A DNA stretch of 64,000 nucleotides. Origin: Octopus vulgaris (Eukaryota). The DNA lies in NCBI GenBank assembly GCA_951406725.2, contig OX597817.1, positions 56,916,001 through 56,980,000 of the forward strand, given 5' to 3'. Below, in pieces: positions 24,151-38,004 of this stretch (its first letter is position 1; the number at the start of each line of letters is the position of its first letter). A program made the translations under genes and the position numbers. The notes beneath the pieces are model-generated. The model worked only from the letters and a program-made list of their open reading frames with translations. It did no database searches and was not told the origin of the DNA.

Positions 24151-25061
24151 TATACAGGTATATATACAAGAATCTATAAGTAACAGTTATGTGTGTGTCT
24201 TCGCGATTAATTTGGTAAATTCTCTCCTGAGTCGTTTTCTGAAAATAAGGAAAACGATAAGGATATTCTGAAGATAAGGATACTGATATAGAAACAAGTT
24301 TGCAATCTACTGCCTTTTTGATGAAGGGTTCTGCCTAAATCACCAAATCTTTCCTGTTTCTCACAGCAATTAATTAAGCAAATTACCAAATTTACTTCGA
24401 ACGAAATTTAGCAAGTATGGGACGCAACACTGGACATATTTCGGTGTTATTTAAACCTCCTCAGGAAAGCATAATCTTCTCTGTACCTGTGTACTTTTTT
24501 CAGATGACAAGAGAATCACAATATCAATTTACAACAACAATATTTTTACTCAAGTAGGAGTCATAAATTATCGTAATCACTGAGATTTCTCCTGGATCAC
24601 CTTGTAAGTACATTGACACCAAATTCAAAACCTACAGAGAGAGAGAAAGAGACGCACACAAATAGAGCTACATAAACAGGTAGAAATTCACTGAGACACG
24701 CACACATACAGACGTGTAAAGGTATTCGTTGTTGCCGACCCACAATTCTATTTTGAAGTCAATCAGTGAATTTCAGGCGCGATGTATGAGAGAAGAGTGT
24801 GAAATCATTACGAAAGAATGTTGCGTGTCGTCTGCTCAATAATGAATACCTTACAATCAGTTCTCCTTCATAAAAGTTAGTAGTAAAAGCATTCCGCAAC
24901 TAGGTCTTCGCTTTCTTATTCAACAATCACACACATCCATTATGTAGCTCTTTCACAAGATACTACGTGTTGATGGTGGAGGTGGTGGTGGTGGTGGGTG
25001 GTAGTCAGTTGACGTTTTAAATATGTCACAGTGTGTTGAATGACATACATACATACATACA

Positions 25062-25189
<128 letters not shown>

Positions 25190-25501
25190 AGTAAGCACAT
25201 AAATGTGAAACAAGGCGGAAAAAAGAGTACTCAAATACCAGAGGTAGAGTAATATACTTTTAAATAAAGTATATATATATTTATTTATAAATTGAGGATA
25301 TAATCAATAAAAAATGATTATGCCAGTGGTTAGCTTATAAAAAAAGACTGCCGTATCGGTAAAATTAATTTTTAAGTATATAATTATAAAAATATTATTA
25401 TAATTAAGGGCGCTGGAATGCCAACGCCTATACGCTAGAAGTAGATGTCAAATAACTACAATCCACTGTAAATTTGCTCTCTCTCTTTCTCTCTCTCTCT
25501 C

Positions 25502-25546
<45 letters not shown>

Positions 25547-25635
25547 AAAAGTGAGCTTAAAAGGATATATAATCATGGCGGTTACCGTGTTTCCTCTTTC
25601 TATTTCTTCTTTCATATGAATATCAACTAAATGTT

Positions 25636-25682
<47 letters not shown>

Positions 25683-25758
25683 TTGATTTAAATATTTTAT
25701 TTCTAAGAAAAGATCCTGGCCCTTCTAAACATTCTAAACAACAGCAAATTAATCAGCA

Positions 25759-25833
25759 TCCCTTACAGCTGTTTCAATTAATACTCAGTAAATATTAAAT
25801 TTATATGACCTGAGCAAAATATCTTCAGCGGGA
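25759..25833 (-). ncRNA. Hammerhead motif with extended stem II and ACAGCTGT stem III
   Basis: Minus strand: tcccg-CTGAAGA-..tgctcag...ctgagta..-GAAAC-AGCT-GTA-aggga. The base of stem II and the first pair of stem I are imperfect. Confidence 0.5.
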
Positions 25834-26725
25834 ATATATATATATATACTTGCGCTTTTCTGCAAAAAGTGACTTGAAACTGCATCCGGTAGTGGGGCCT
25901 TGGGACGGAAGTTGCAGGATTTTTAGGAGTGCGGGAACCACCTCTTAGGTACTAGTGTTCCCAGGGCTACACTGACCTAGAATAGTAGCCTCTGTTAAGG
26001 TCCTAGCTATAGGTTAACAATCATGCGCACCACCTACTTCAAACCCAGGCTCTGTGCTCTGATAATCAGCAGCGACTTGGTCAGCGAGCTGGCAGAATCG
26101 TTAGCACGCTGGGCGAAATGCTTAGCAGTATTTCGTCTGTCGCTACGTTCTGAGTTCAAATTCCACTGAGGTCAACTTTGCCTTTCATCCTTTCGGGGTC
26201 GATCAAATAAGTACCAGTTAAGCACTGGGGTCGATGTAATCGACTTAATCCGTTTGTCTATCCTTGTTAGTCCCTTCTGCGTTTGGCTCATTGTGGGTAG
26301 TAAAGAAATAGGTCGACAATCGATATCAAGAAGAGCTGCTACAGCTTACACTATCCCAAAGTGTGTACGCACGTGACTGGGGACCATATCTGAACTTATA
26401 TGCCCACTGATACTCTGAACATGACCTCTACTCCTCAACAACGAATGACGACTACGGCTATGGCGTCCACGCCATCCGACGTGCTTGCTCTCCCAGTTGG
26501 CCATTTGTCAAATCTGCAAGCGGGATTTTGGGGCCGCTAGCAGAAGCATGACTTTGCCTGCTGGAATGTTTGGGCCGACTGTCGGATGTGGTCAGCAATC
26601 GTGATGGCCGCGGTGAACTCGTTGGTCGGAAGCGGCTCAACATAACCCCGCTGAACAACAAACGACCGAGTATCACTGCTCTGCAGTGTAGAGTCTACAC
26701 CGCCATCATCCTCACCAAAAACACA

Positions 26726-27093
26726 GGAGGCGCAATGGCCCATTGGTTAGGGTAGCGGACTCGCGGTCGGAGGATCGCGGTTTCGATTCCCAGACCGGGC
26801 GTTGTGAGTGTTTATTGAGCGAAAACACCTAAAGCTCCCCGAGGCTCCGGCAGGGGGTGGTGGCGACCCCTGTTGTACTCTTTCGCTCCAACTTTCTCTC
26901 ACTCTTTCTTCTTGTTTCTTGTCCCCGACTTCCTACGCAACCGCTGAGCCTGGATGCGCATTCATCCATCCGTCGATGCTCTCGGTGTCGGGGATTGACC
27001 TGCTTTCTCTTCTGAGTGTCTTACGAATAGCAAAGGACCACGTTTCGGACTCTGGGACGAAGACCGCTTCGCTCAACAAAGAAACAAACAAAC
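26726..27093 (+). mobile_element. SINE family D (tRNA head, (AAAC)n tail)
   Basis: A box tggcccattgg, B box tttcgattcc and tail aaacaaacaaacaa. The mid-body is shared with 58872-58945. Confidence 0.85.
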
Positions 27094-27560
27094 AATCACG
27101 ACCAGCAAGAATGCATACTCCAATCACTACCTGACACTTGGGTACACAGCACAATGGACAAAGCACTCAATCAACGCAATTATTGGCCATCTCTAATACA
27201 GCTCACGCGAGAAACAGTAAACAAAAGAACACACGCATATTGTCGTGAGCCAGAAACGAATGAAACACATAAGTTACTTTAGAAACAACAAAACGAAAGC
27301 AAAAGATAATGATCTTCCCGTAGTGAATCGATCAACTGAAATGATTGAATTGTCGGAATGAGGCGGTCTGGAGCAGCTGACCTAAGACTGTCAGTCTGGT
27401 TTGGCGACGGTAATTTTAGGCGCTGGAGACGAGCATGCAGAAAAATGAAGATACAGATAGAAAGAGAGAGAGCAGGAGAGAGAGAGAGAGGGGGATGGAG
27501 AGAAAGAGAGAAAGAAACATTACACATACAACACAATCAAGTGTTCACACGCATAAGCAT

Positions 27561-27606
<46 letters not shown>

Positions 27607-27806
27607 TACAACTTATTGTTCGAAAATAAAAGGACACAGATCGTGTCGTATAGCCAGCTGGAGACGATGTCTCCTGGAGATAAATTACAGCAACATTCGT
27701 CCTAAACCGGGACTGCCATGTTATGTTGGCAAACAATCTTTACTACAAAGTACTGTTGCTGAATATCTCTCCTTGTGAGATTTACGAATAGTAATTTTCT
27801 CATTGT

Positions 27807-28045
27807 GGAGCTGCGTGGCTTAGTGGTCAGGGTGTCAGCATCATGATCGTAAGATTGTGGTTTCGATTCCTTGATCGGGCGACGCGTTGTGTTCTTGAGC
27901 AAAACACTTCATTTCACGTTGCTCCAGTCCACTCAGCTGGCAAAAACGAGTAACACTGCGATGGACTGGCGTCCCGTCCAGCTGGGGAACACATACGCCG
28001 TAGAAACCGTGAAACTGGGCCCATGAGCCTGGCTAGGCTTTAAAA
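27807..28045 (+). mobile_element. SINE family C head with a V-SINE-like domain
   Basis: tggcttagtgg / tttcgattcc boxes, core ttgagcaaaacacttcatttcacgttgctccagtccactcagctg, then ctgcgatggactggcgtcccgtccag. A diverged copy lies at 57986-58190. Confidence 0.8.
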
Positions 28046-28535
28046 GAGCGCATTTATTTTATTATTTTCATTTTCTAATTACTCGATTGACATGAACACT
28101 CTCCTTCTCTTGAGACACATGAAGAGAAATACACACATATCAAAAGGGAAAAAGAGATGTGGGGGGATGAAGACATTAAAGTGTCAGATGCCAAATAAGT
28201 CAGTGTCGAATCAGCGACGCCAGATAAGCTGCGCCCAAACGTCTCATACTCTTGAATTTTAGTGTTTGAGACGAATTATAGAATGAATAAATGAGTATTC
28301 CACAGGCATGTGCACCCTTAAAGAAATTAGGTTCATGATACAATCCCAGAATCTATCCGACAGACATTCTAATGTCAGAATGAAGTAAAACAGATGAAGC
28401 ATACAAATATAAGCACATACAAACATCCTCTAATCCTCCAAAAGACAATGCCCTCCACACCACACCACACCACACACACACACGGAGGAGGAGGAGCCGT
28501 TGGTGGTGCAATGGAAACTTGGGTCATGATGATGA

Positions 28536-28566
<31 letters not shown>

Positions 28567-28945
28567 AGGTGGTGGTGGTGATTATGGTGGTGAGGATGAT
28601 GATGATGACGATGATGATGATGATAATGATGATGATGATTATGATGATGACGAAGACGACGACGATGATGATGATGATGATGATTATGGTGACGATGATG
28701 ATGAGGAAGAGGAGGAGAAGGATGGTGGTGGTGATGATGGTGGTGATTATGAGGAGGAGGAGGAGGAGGAGGAGGAGGAGGAGGAGGAGGAGGAGGAGGA
28801 AGGGTGGTTGACGTGCTAGTTTCGAAGTTGGTATGAAACAGAGTTTATAGGAAATAGAGACAGACAGACAGACAGAAAAAGAGAAAGAAAGGACAAATAT
28901 AGAAATTATAGCTGATGCATTAGAAGGAAAGAGGAATGAACTCGC

Positions 28946-28986
<41 letters not shown>

Positions 28987-29074
28987 TACATCCGTTTATA
29001 CATACACACACATACAAAAACTAAGAGAGAGAGAAGAAGAGAAAGAAAGAAAGAAAGACAGAAAGAAAGAAGGA

Positions 29075-29114
<40 letters not shown>

Positions 29115-29145
29115 ACGAACGAAAGAGAAAAAGAAAAAAAGAAAA

Positions 29146-29193
<48 letters not shown>

Positions 29194-29525
29194 AGGAAAG
29201 AAAGAAAGAAAAAAAGAAAGAAAGAGAGAAAGAAGGGTCCTAATTATTTCTGTTTTTTTCTCTCATCTCGTTACAGTGTGACATATCGTGTAGTTTATCG
29301 CCGCCATTATATCCAGCACGACCTTGTCAATCGTGCGATATCCAATGCCAGCGTCGTATAGCATTTCTTCCATGATATCTTATACATGATAACTAATGTG
29401 GTTTTGAATGCCATCCATCCTCATATATTATCACGGTTGTAAGAGGATGTTTGGGGTTATATGGAAGGTCGACACTTTTAGTAGGGGTCCTTCCTCCTAC
29501 TAATTGAATTTCAGAATGATACGTA

Positions 29526-29760
29526 GATCACTGTCCCCTATCTGGCACGCAGGTTGCACCTGAAGTACAACATCGATTACTGGCCCCTACCCGACACCCA
29601 GTCCTCACCTGTGGTTCCCCATCAATTATTGGCCCCTATCTGGCACCCAACGCTCACCTGTGGTTCTACGTTGATCACTGGCCCCTATGTAGCACCCAGT
29701 TCTCACCAGTGGTTCCACATCAATTACTGGCCCCTACCCGGCATCCAGCGATCACCTGTC
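29526..29760. repeat. 49-bp minisatellite, ~5 diverged units
   Basis: g(g/t)cccct recurs at 29533, 29582, 29631, 29680 and 29729, an exact 49-bp period. Confidence 0.9.
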
Positions 29761-30131
29761 TGCAGGTGGCAGTTCTTGGTTAATGACGTTGGCAGACCTG
29801 TTAAACCAGATTAAAGATAGACGGAGTTTCTGACGGGCAAAAGCGAGGTGAGGGGCATTAGATATCATTGTGGTTGTTGTTGTTGTTTTACCTCAGGTCA
29901 GTCATGGTTGGGAAACCAATCATCAAAGGCGTTCCGGCCGTGACAGTCTCGTCAATATTTCGTCCAAAATTTACAAGACCACGTTAGCCAACACAGCTAC
30001 GCATTCATTTTCCGTTATAAGACTAAAATGTGATCTTGTAGTGATTTGGTTGATCGTTTTAGCAAATTCAATGATCTTATATAGGACCGCTTTGGCTCAT
30101 AGCTACAAACAAGAGAAGAGAGAATAGATAC

Positions 30132-30181
<50 letters not shown>

Positions 30182-30956
30182 CTGCAGCGTTTTGCTTTGC
30201 CAGATGGAAAGACTAATTGACAAGAACAGTTCACAAAATAACTTCTAAAATTTTCTTTCGTTTAATTAGATATTTCATTAATTATAGACATTTGATGAAG
30301 TTGAGAAAAACGGAAAAGTTTATGAGGTAACTAAAGTACTGGCAGCTAAAATATTTTTCAAAACAATTAATATTATTATCGTTATTAAGGCGGCGAGCTG
30401 GCAGAAACGTTAGCACGCCGGGCGAAATGCCTAGCAGTATTTCGCCCATCGCTACGTTCTGAGTTCAAATTCCGCCGAGGTAGACTTTGCCTTTCATCCT
30501 TTCAGGGTCGATAAATTAAGTACCAGTTACGCACTGGGGTCGACGTAATTGGCTTAATCCCTCCCACCAAATTTCAGGCCTTGTGCCTATAGTAGAAAAG
30601 ATTATTATTATTATAAAGTGAAAAATATGGCAGTACTTGATATTTTGGTATCTCTTTACTTCGAAATTGAAACCACGACCCTTCCATTTGTTAACCACAT
30701 AAAACCTACACCACCCCTAATCTCACAGAATGTTCGTGCAGTTAAAAACGATCGCCCGGAAACTATTAACTTTTCTTCCTTTTTTTGTTCTGTGAAGAGT
30801 AAATTTTATTTATGTTTTTTCCTTTTGTTCTTTTTAAACTTACCCCCTCTTCCACCCTTCCCCCTCATCATAAGTTTCCTTTGAGGAAGTCACGCTTCAT
30901 ACACCCTACTCTAATCGTACGTACATACATACTTAATTATATATACATGTAGAAAT

Positions 30957-30999
<43 letters not shown>

Positions 31000-31948
31000 C
31001 GCGCGTGGATGTGTGTGTATGTGTGTGCATCGCTACCTATAATTCGAAAGTTGTTCTGGTTTAGGCCTAAGAAATTATGGTATGCCTACACAAGTACACA
31101 CACACACACACACGCGAATATATATACACATGCATAGATGCTAAATACACTCACATATACGCGTTTATACTTGTATATGATTATATGTGTGTGTGTAAAC
31201 AAATATTTTCTGAAATAGTATTTCCTATTTTAATAAAATCTTAGAGAAACAGAATAACACGAATCTTTTGAAATAGTGTTTTTGCATTATAAGTGCTTTC
31301 GTTGCTCAGTTTTTCAAACACACGTGTTATGATGTAATATTGATTTTAATAATGACGTTGATTATTTCCGGTTTAGTTTCGGATTTAGAATTCTTATATA
31401 GAATTCTCTTTGCCTTTCGTAGTTGATTCTTCTCTTCTTTTTATTTTGAAAAAAAGTAAAAATAAATAAAACGGGAAAATTTCGAATTTTCCATTTGCTC
31501 AAATGTCTGCATGTTCGCTACATTGACCATTTCTAAGGGATGAATCTTTGTACATACATATGCACAGAAATATACATATATGTACACATATGTAAATATA
31601 TACATGTATGTGAATGCATGCATGCTTACATGTACTTACATATATAAATGTGTGTGTGTATGTATGTAGGCATGCAACAATTTGCGAGGCTTAAACTGAG
31701 ATACTGTTCAAATTGTAGGCGCAAGTGCTTCGATGAAGAGCCTTTATAAAGCAATGTTCTTAATGTGCAATGTACATTCTTTCATCTCCAAACAATAAGA
31801 TTCTGAAGAGTCTGAGAGTTAAAGAATGCTTAGGTACCAAATATCTATAAGGAATAACTTTAATTCATTACATTCGTTTCAAATTTTAGCACAAGACATC
31901 TGTATTTCACAAATAAAACTTAATCTAACAAACCCATTATTTTGTTGC

Positions 31949-32367
31949 TTTTACATGAATCGCTACCCCATTATCGCCCCACTTGCTACATGAATCGTTA
32001 CCCATTATGGCCCCACTATTTACATGAAGCGCTACTTCATTATCGCCCCAGTTGTTACATGAATCTCTACCCCATTATGTCCCCACTTTTTACATGAATC
32101 GCTACCCCATTATGGCCCCACTTTTTACATGAATTGCTACCCCATTATAGCCCCACTTTTTACATGAATTGCTACCCCATTATGGCCCCACTTTTTACAT
32201 GAATTGCTACCCCATTATGGCCCCACTTTTTACATGAATCGCTACCTCATTATGGCCCCACTTTTTACATGAATCGCTACCCCATTATGGCCCTATTTTT
32301 CTTCAACGCCCCTTGGAACTTTCCACTGCTCCTAAGGGGGCAATATCACCCACTTTGGGAACCACTG
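31949..32367. mobile_element. 35-bp minisatellite (~10 units) in the subterminal region of a hAT-type MITE end
   Basis: Unit tttttacatgaatcgctaccccattatggccccac spans 31949-32297. The end ...tttgggaaccactg (32367) is the reverse complement of a hAT/Charlie-type terminus CAGTGGTTCCCAAA. Confidence 0.7.
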
Positions 32368-32394
32368 CGATAGTTAAAAAAGACATTCTGGTGA

Positions 32395-32716
32395 CGGTGC
32401 GTAGCTAAGTGGTTTAGGTATTCGGCTCACAATCCTAAGGTCGTGAGTTCGATTATCGGCGGTGCGCGTGTCTCCTTGAGCAAGACACTCTATTTCACGT
32501 TGCTCCAGTCCACTCAGCTGGCAAAAATGAGTTGTACCTGTATTTCAAAAAGGGCCAGCTTTGTCACACTCTGTGTCACGCTGAATCTCCCTGAGAATTA
32601 CGTAAAGGCTACGCGTGTCTGTGGAATACTCAACCACAACCACGTTAATTTCAGGAACTGGAGATTCGGTTAATCGGATCAACTTGAACACTCGTCGTCG
32701 TGACTGACGAAGTGTC
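32395..32716 (+). mobile_element. SINE family C, full length
   Basis: Matches 39356-39673. Confidence 0.85.
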
Positions 32717-33954
32717 AGTTATTACATAAGACATTCCAGGTGAACCTCTGGTAAAGACACGCAGAACTTAGCTCCACTCAGCTGTGACGGGTGTAAGTTT
32801 ATTTGTTTCTGTGTTGTGCATGACTGGATAACGACTCCTGGCCGATTTCTATGTTTTTAGTCGTTTCTGGGGGTTTAAGTCTTTGGTCCGTAACCGGAAC
32901 ATCCCGGGACATTTTAGGGACAAATGGGACACATTTGCTTAGTAGACGGGATAACAGAGACAAACCCTTCAGACTGGTCTTGTCATGCATCTTGCCAAAC
33001 CGAAATGATAAGCCTCCATATGTGTGTGTATGTGCATGTGTATGTGTATGTGTACTGACGGCGGCGAGCTGGCAGAAACGTTAGCGCGCCGGGCGAAATG
33101 CTTAGCGGTATTTCGTCTGTCTTTACGTTCTGAGTTCAAATTCCGCCGAGGTCGACTTTGCCTTTCATCCTTTCGAGGTCGATTAAATAAGTACCAGTTA
33201 CGCACTGGGGTCGATGTAATCGACTTAATCCGTCTGTCTATCCTTGTTTGTCCCCTTTGTGTTTAGCCCCTTGTGGGTAGTAAAGAAATAGGCATTTCGT
33301 CTGCAGCTACGTTCTGAGTTCAAATTCCGACAAAGTCGACTTTGCCTTTCATCCTTTCAGGAGTCGATTAAATATGTACCAGTTACGCACTGGGGTCGAT
33401 ATAATCGACTTAATCCCTTTGTTTGTCCTTGTTTGTCCTCTCTGTGTTCAGCCCCTTGTGGGTAGTAAAGAAACAGGTATGTGTGTGTATGTGTGTGTGT
33501 ATATGTGTGTGTATGTGTGTGTGTGTTTGTCTTCATTTACAGGTGCAGTAATTCAACCTTAATTATGTCATCGTCGTCGTCGTTTTTGTTATTGTTGTCG
33601 TTGTTTTACATCCCTCCACCTCCCCACCACCACCCCACCGGCCTTATGATCAAAGGCATTCCAGCCTCATCCATCCCATACTTTAGCTTAGGAACACATA
33701 GTCCAACAGATGATAGGTATTAGGTACATTTGACTGATATTTCTAGCATTTGGAACGACCATGTAAAGGTTTCCTCTTGGGCGTGACCTTAATTTCGAGT
33801 ATTTTTGCTAATGTAGAATATTCTTCATAATTTCTCTCTCTCTCCTTCTCGCTCTCTCTCCCTCTCACCCCTCTCTCCTTCCCTCTTTATTCTTCTCTCT
33901 CTTTTTGTCACATACACAACGCAGGCAGAGACACATAGACACACATACACACAA

Positions 33955-33988
<34 letters not shown>

Positions 33989-34927
33989 ATACAGACACAT
34001 ACACGCACTCAGATCTCCATATTAACTTACACCCTCTCTCACACTCACATATAAATATACGCGCGCGCGCGCTTTACGTATTATACCATCATGCAAATTC
34101 GGAACTACGCGCGCACACACACACACACACACATACACATACACACACACAAAATAGTTACACCCCACAATCACCACCCCAAACCCTATCTCCCCCTTGA
34201 CTTTCCGTGGCCCCTAATTGTGTAAGTAGAAGGTCAACCGTACCTCATTATAAAGTCATCTGCCGTGACAAGCCTTTATTCTCTAATTAACATCTGTTAA
34301 ACCACATCCAGCCGTGGCTCTCCCGCCCTTCCCTGCCACCAAGTCCCAGCAGACGGGATATCCTTCCGGTGTTAATGTATCCTTCCTATTGTCTCATTAT
34401 CTTCCTGTCTTATCTATCTCTATAATGACACAGGAAAATATCTCAGTGTCGCCATCTGCATCTAGAATATATTGCTAAGTGCAGATTATCAGAATGGAAG
34501 AGAGGAGCGATACTTCGATTTTGGTCCGCAGTGTGTCGGTGTGAGGAGACATCATTTACACCCATTTTGAGTGTAGCCACTTTATCTATGTTATGAGGGA
34601 TTGTTGTGTGGGTGGATGCTGTTGTGTACCAATACCGAAGGATTTCTCAAAGCGAATTGTGAAGAAAGGTCATTAGTGCTAATGAAAATTATTCTCACAT
34701 AGGACAAAGGGGAAGAACTCTTGAAATTTCAATCGGCCAAAATAGAAATTGGTCAAAAAATTCTTATAAGGTTGTTTGATTAAGAAGCTTGTTTCTCAAC
34801 CATGCGGTCTTGAGTTCAGTTCCACTGCGTGGCACTTTGGGCAAGTATCTTCTACTAAAGCCTTGAGACGATCAAAAACATCATAAGTGGATTTGGTAAA
34901 CGGAAACTGCGTCGGAGCCCTTCGTGT

Positions 34928-35025
<98 letters not shown>

Positions 35026-35616
35026 CCCACCATTGTTTGATAAACGGTTTTGGTTTGTTCCGGAAAAACGACCGATAGAATAAGAATTAGGCTCATAAAG
35101 AAAGTAAGTACAGCGGTCGATGATGTTAAATTGAAACCCTTGAAAGAGTTGCCCCAGCAGGGGCGCAGCCGAACGACTGAAACAAGTAAAAGAAAAGTGA
35201 TTAACGATATGAAGCGTCACCATGTATAACCCATTCAACTTGTATTCTTCACACACACAAACACACACACACACACATACACACACACACACACAAAACA
35301 GACTTCATCATCCAAAATTTAGATCCTTTATTTAAGATTTGGCTGCTATTTTCAGCGGGCAGGGCTTCAATATAAAGGCTAACCCTGAGGTTTGGTTGAA
35401 GAATGATGTGTAATGTGCGATTTTGAGAAGGAAGGTGGGGAGGGAGAGAAGAGGAGATTGAGACTGGGGAGGAGAGAGGAAGAGAAAGAGCGAGAAAGAG
35501 AGAGACAGACAGAGACAGGCAGACAGACAGTGATATTGAGAATGATGAGACTATAAATAGGGATGCACCATATATACACTCACATACTGACATATGTATG
35601 CAGTGCCTTGAATTAG

Positions 35617-35723
<107 letters not shown>

Positions 35724-36989
35724 CATATATATGTATATATATATAATGTGTGTGTGTGTGTACATACAAAGACACACACACACACACACATATATTACTA
35801 AAATAACAAAGTGCGTTCGAGTCTGTGAAGCTTTGACGGTGACATATTAATTTCCTTTTGTACGTAATTTCTGAATGAAATATGCGTGAAGTCGGAGGGG
35901 GCGGGGGCGGAGTAAGTCTCTTAGAAATAAAGCGACAAATATTTTAATTGTTCCTAGATTAAAACAGACACAGACACACACACACACACACATACACATG
36001 AATAGCAACAGCGGATCATCGAGGGCCTGATCGCATATGAAAGTAATTGGTGCGTTATCTCGCACAAATAGAGTCCGTAGGTTGTTTAACTGGAATGAAA
36101 ATATTTTGTCAAACCTCAAGATATCATCTGTGTTATTAGACTTTACAACATATATATATATATATATATATAGGACACGTAAATTCCAGAATAGAACACT
36201 AAGAATAGAGTGGCTGGGTTTTCTTTCTTTTTCCTCTTCAACTTTGGCGTCTGTCCTGTCCTGCAACTAAAGTTCCAAGATCTGATCGGTTTTCAATATG
36301 GCTGCGGTTTTTTTTTTTTTGGGGGGGCGGAATCTCAGATGAATTAGGATTCTTTGAAATTAAACCATTTATGGCAGATCATCGATTACAGAATATTAAT
36401 GGTGGTGCAGGTGGTGGTGGTGGTGGTTGTGGTGGTGGTGGTGATGGAGGCGGCGCTAAATAATTAACGGAGCATGTAATTACTACTATACAAAGCTCCA
36501 TACGAGACCACCACCCCGCAACGTACTTTTATCATTTCCTTCTTGGGTCGATTTGGTTTCAATTTGGTTTCAATTGGGTCGATTTGGTTTCAATTCATTT
36601 AAAATATTATCAACCACAATTAACAAAGAAATGAATTAAACTGAGAGCAACGACATACTTCTGGTATCTTAATGTATGTCATTGAAGGACATGTTTTGAT
36701 GATTTGCTACTACCACCGAGATCTTGGTGGATCTGGAAAGACAAATTTAATTGAACACTTCTTGACTGAGTGGAATCATGTCTGAATCAATCTGCTACAT
36801 TTTCATGACCTATAAGTTGAAAGGTTCTGATAAACACTAGATGAAGGACTTAAGATCGAATACTAGTCACTCGAACCATTGGGTGGGGCCTCACATCATT
36901 GAAGGGGAGGATGGTGTACTGTAAAGCCGTCGAGAGAAAAGCCCCAAAACGGTAGGCATTCTCTTCTAGTGACCCATGAAACCTAGTGG

Positions 36990-37680
36990 CGTCCGGTCCG
37001 GTATCCAGAGTTTTCGACTGACCTTAACTTGTACTGGCAAGCTGTTTCCAAGTCTCAGAACTGGCAGCATTGTTTTTTCTACAAAACTAGTTCTCCATCT
37101 AATTCAGCCTTCCATTTTCCAATTTCCATTTTCTAGGGATCCTTTTAGCAGCAATGATTTAAAGAGAAACTCGTGAGAAGAATTCGAGTCTCGGGTGAGA
37201 CAAAACAAATGTCGACGTATGTGACGATGGCATCTTTCGTGATCTCTTGCAATATGATCGATCTTTTGGTGGCAAGGCCTTGGAGTTTCATCCTGATTTG
37301 CAGCAAATCCTCCCGGCATTGTGAAAAGCCGTCAGAGCTTCTATTATGGACCAAATACTGGTTCTGTCTTTTGAAAGAGAATGGCGCAACTGAAAGCTTA
37401 CATGAACTTAACAATAGATTCGCCATGGTTGTGACTCGGCTAATTTTCTGTGTCGTGCTGGTGAAGCGTGAGAGGGTGTAGCAAATGGATTCTGATAAGA
37501 TCGAACTTCCTGGTCGTAATGAGGTCGTAACGAGTGACCGTGGAATAATAAATCAAGTTTTTGGTTGCTCTTTGGACTTTGGAGCCTATAAACTTCGAAG
37601 ACTGACAAATATTCTCACTGCTACTCTCTGATATGGATTCCGTATATTTGGTGAAAAAAACAACCAATCACAAAAGGTTA
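36990..37680 (-). mobile_element. Decayed coding remnant, possibly the N-terminus of a PLE ORF
   Basis: Non-repetitive sequence with overlapping broken ORFs (..ATKNLIYYSTVTRYDL.., ..YQNPFATP..RKL..WRI) loosely like PLE N-termini. A degenerate HHR-like string ctagatgaaggacttaagatcgaatactagtc lies at about 36837. Confidence 0.35.
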
Positions 37681-38004
37681 TATTCCTTTAATAACGAAGA
37701 AAATGGAATTGAGAAATGGCTGTGTGGTAAGAAGTAAGGCGGCGAGTCGGCAGAAACGTTAGCACGCCCGGCAAAATGCTTAGCGGTATTTCGTCCGTCG
37801 TTACGTTCTGAGTTCAAATTCCGCCGAGGTCGATTTTGCCTTTCATCCTTTCAGGGTAGATAACTTAAGTACCAGTTTCGCACTGGGGTCGATGTAATCG
37901 ACTTAATCCGTTTATCTGTCCTTATTTGTCCCCTCTCTGTTTATCCCCCACCCCCTGTGGCCAATAAAGACATAAGAAGTTTGCTTCACTACCATACGGT
38001 TCCC

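Noticed and set aside
28394-28819. Acidic poly-D/E ORF
   Set aside because: Pure (GAT)n/(GAG)n tract open in several frames, with no splice context.
29526-32297. CRISPR-like arrays at the 49-bp and 35-bp repeats
   Set aside because: Head-to-tail tandem units without unique spacers, no cas genes, and a eukaryotic context.
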